Assembly: GCA_030390025.1 (NCBI GenBank)
Contig: CM059431.1
Location: 144,152,001 to 144,216,000, forward strand
DNA length: 64,000 nucleotides
Direction of reading: 5' to 3'
Source: Squalus acanthias
Lineage: Eukaryota
A program made the translations under genes and the position numbers. Every line of letters starts with the position of its first letter. The first letter of the stretch is position 1. The notes beneath the pieces are model-generated. The model was not told where the DNA came from and searched no databases. It saw only the letters and a program-made list of their open reading frames with translations. Shown here in pieces: positions 63,596 through 64,000 of this stretch.

Positions 63596-63840
63596 GTGTC
63601 AGCCGCGGCTCAGTTGGTAGCACTCACGCCTCTGAGTCAGAAGGTTTCATTCTGGCTGACACTCCAGTGCATTCTTGAGTGAGTGCTGCACTGTCGGAGG
63701 AGCCGTTTTTCAGATTAAATGCTAAACCGAGGCCGCAACTGCTCTCTCAGGTGGATGTAAAAGATCCAATGGCACTGTTTCGAAGTAGAGCAGGGGAGTT
63801 TTCCCCGGTTTCCTGGCCAATATTTATCCCTCAACCAACA
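63596..63840 (+). mobile_element. DeuSINE 5' part (mirror of 8439-8683), cut by a CR1
   Basis: GTGTCAGCCGCGGCTCAGTTGGTAGCACTC..TATTTATCCCTCAACCAACA, then an abrupt switch of sequence. Confidence 0.8.
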
Positions 63841-64000
63841 TATAGAGTGGATAAAGGGGAACCAGTGGACGTAGTGTATTTAGACTTCCAAAAGGCATTT
63901 GACAAGGTGCCACACAAAAGATTATTGCTTAAGGTAAAAAATCACGGGATTGGGGGTAATATTCTGGCATGGATACAGGATTGGCTATCTAACAGAAAGC
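63841..64000 (+). mobile_element. Start of a 5'-truncated CR1 LINE, same subfamily as 1-2290
   Basis: Closely matches ~921-1080 (YRVDKGEPVDVVYLDFQKAFDKVPHKRLLLK) in the same orientation. Confidence 0.9.

Larger units (their letters stand above)
38036..63840 (-). repeat. Right arm of the inverted segmental duplication (~25.8 kb visible)
   Basis: Reverse complement of 8439-35045, including mirrored copies of the MITE/DeuSINE (~40490-41360), CR1 pieces (~42700-43625, ~47330-47975, ~48230-48810) and unclassified repeats (~46030-46700, ~49095-49870). Confidence 0.97.

Noticed and set aside
38036..63840. Palindrome as a fold-back assembly or chimeric-read artefact
   Set aside because: The arms differ by many substitutions and arm-specific indels and insertions, whereas an artefact would be near-identical. 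Mis-joined haplotypes are unlikely at this divergence but need read data to exclude fully.

Overview
Vertebrate genomic DNA, very likely from a cartilaginous fish (shark), judged from its CR1, L2, RTE, DeuSINE and Penelope-derived repeats. About 55 kb of the window is one diverged palindrome: left arm ~8439-35045, right arm ~38036-63840, and a ~3 kb unique spacer. The window holds five loci of a two-exon orphan class-A GPCR family of GPR139/GPR142-like type. Two are intact (21204-22624 + and 35572-36983 +, the latter in the spacer). One is a young pseudogene with a stop at codon 4 (50573-51979 -), one has lost nearly all of exon 2 (8085-10194 -), and one shows only exon 1 here (62072-62126 +). 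All five share a ~30-bp promoter motif whose GTAACTAA core lies exactly 56 nt before the TATA position. All five also have a related 26/48-bp satellite upstream, always in the same orientation relative to the gene, which suggests a repeated satellite-promoter-receptor cassette. Other notable items are an ORF2-only LINE with a tRNA-SINE head, a 200-bp spacerless hairpin with hammerhead-like cores, and nested retrotransposon insertions. Identities and repeat boundaries were estimated by eye.
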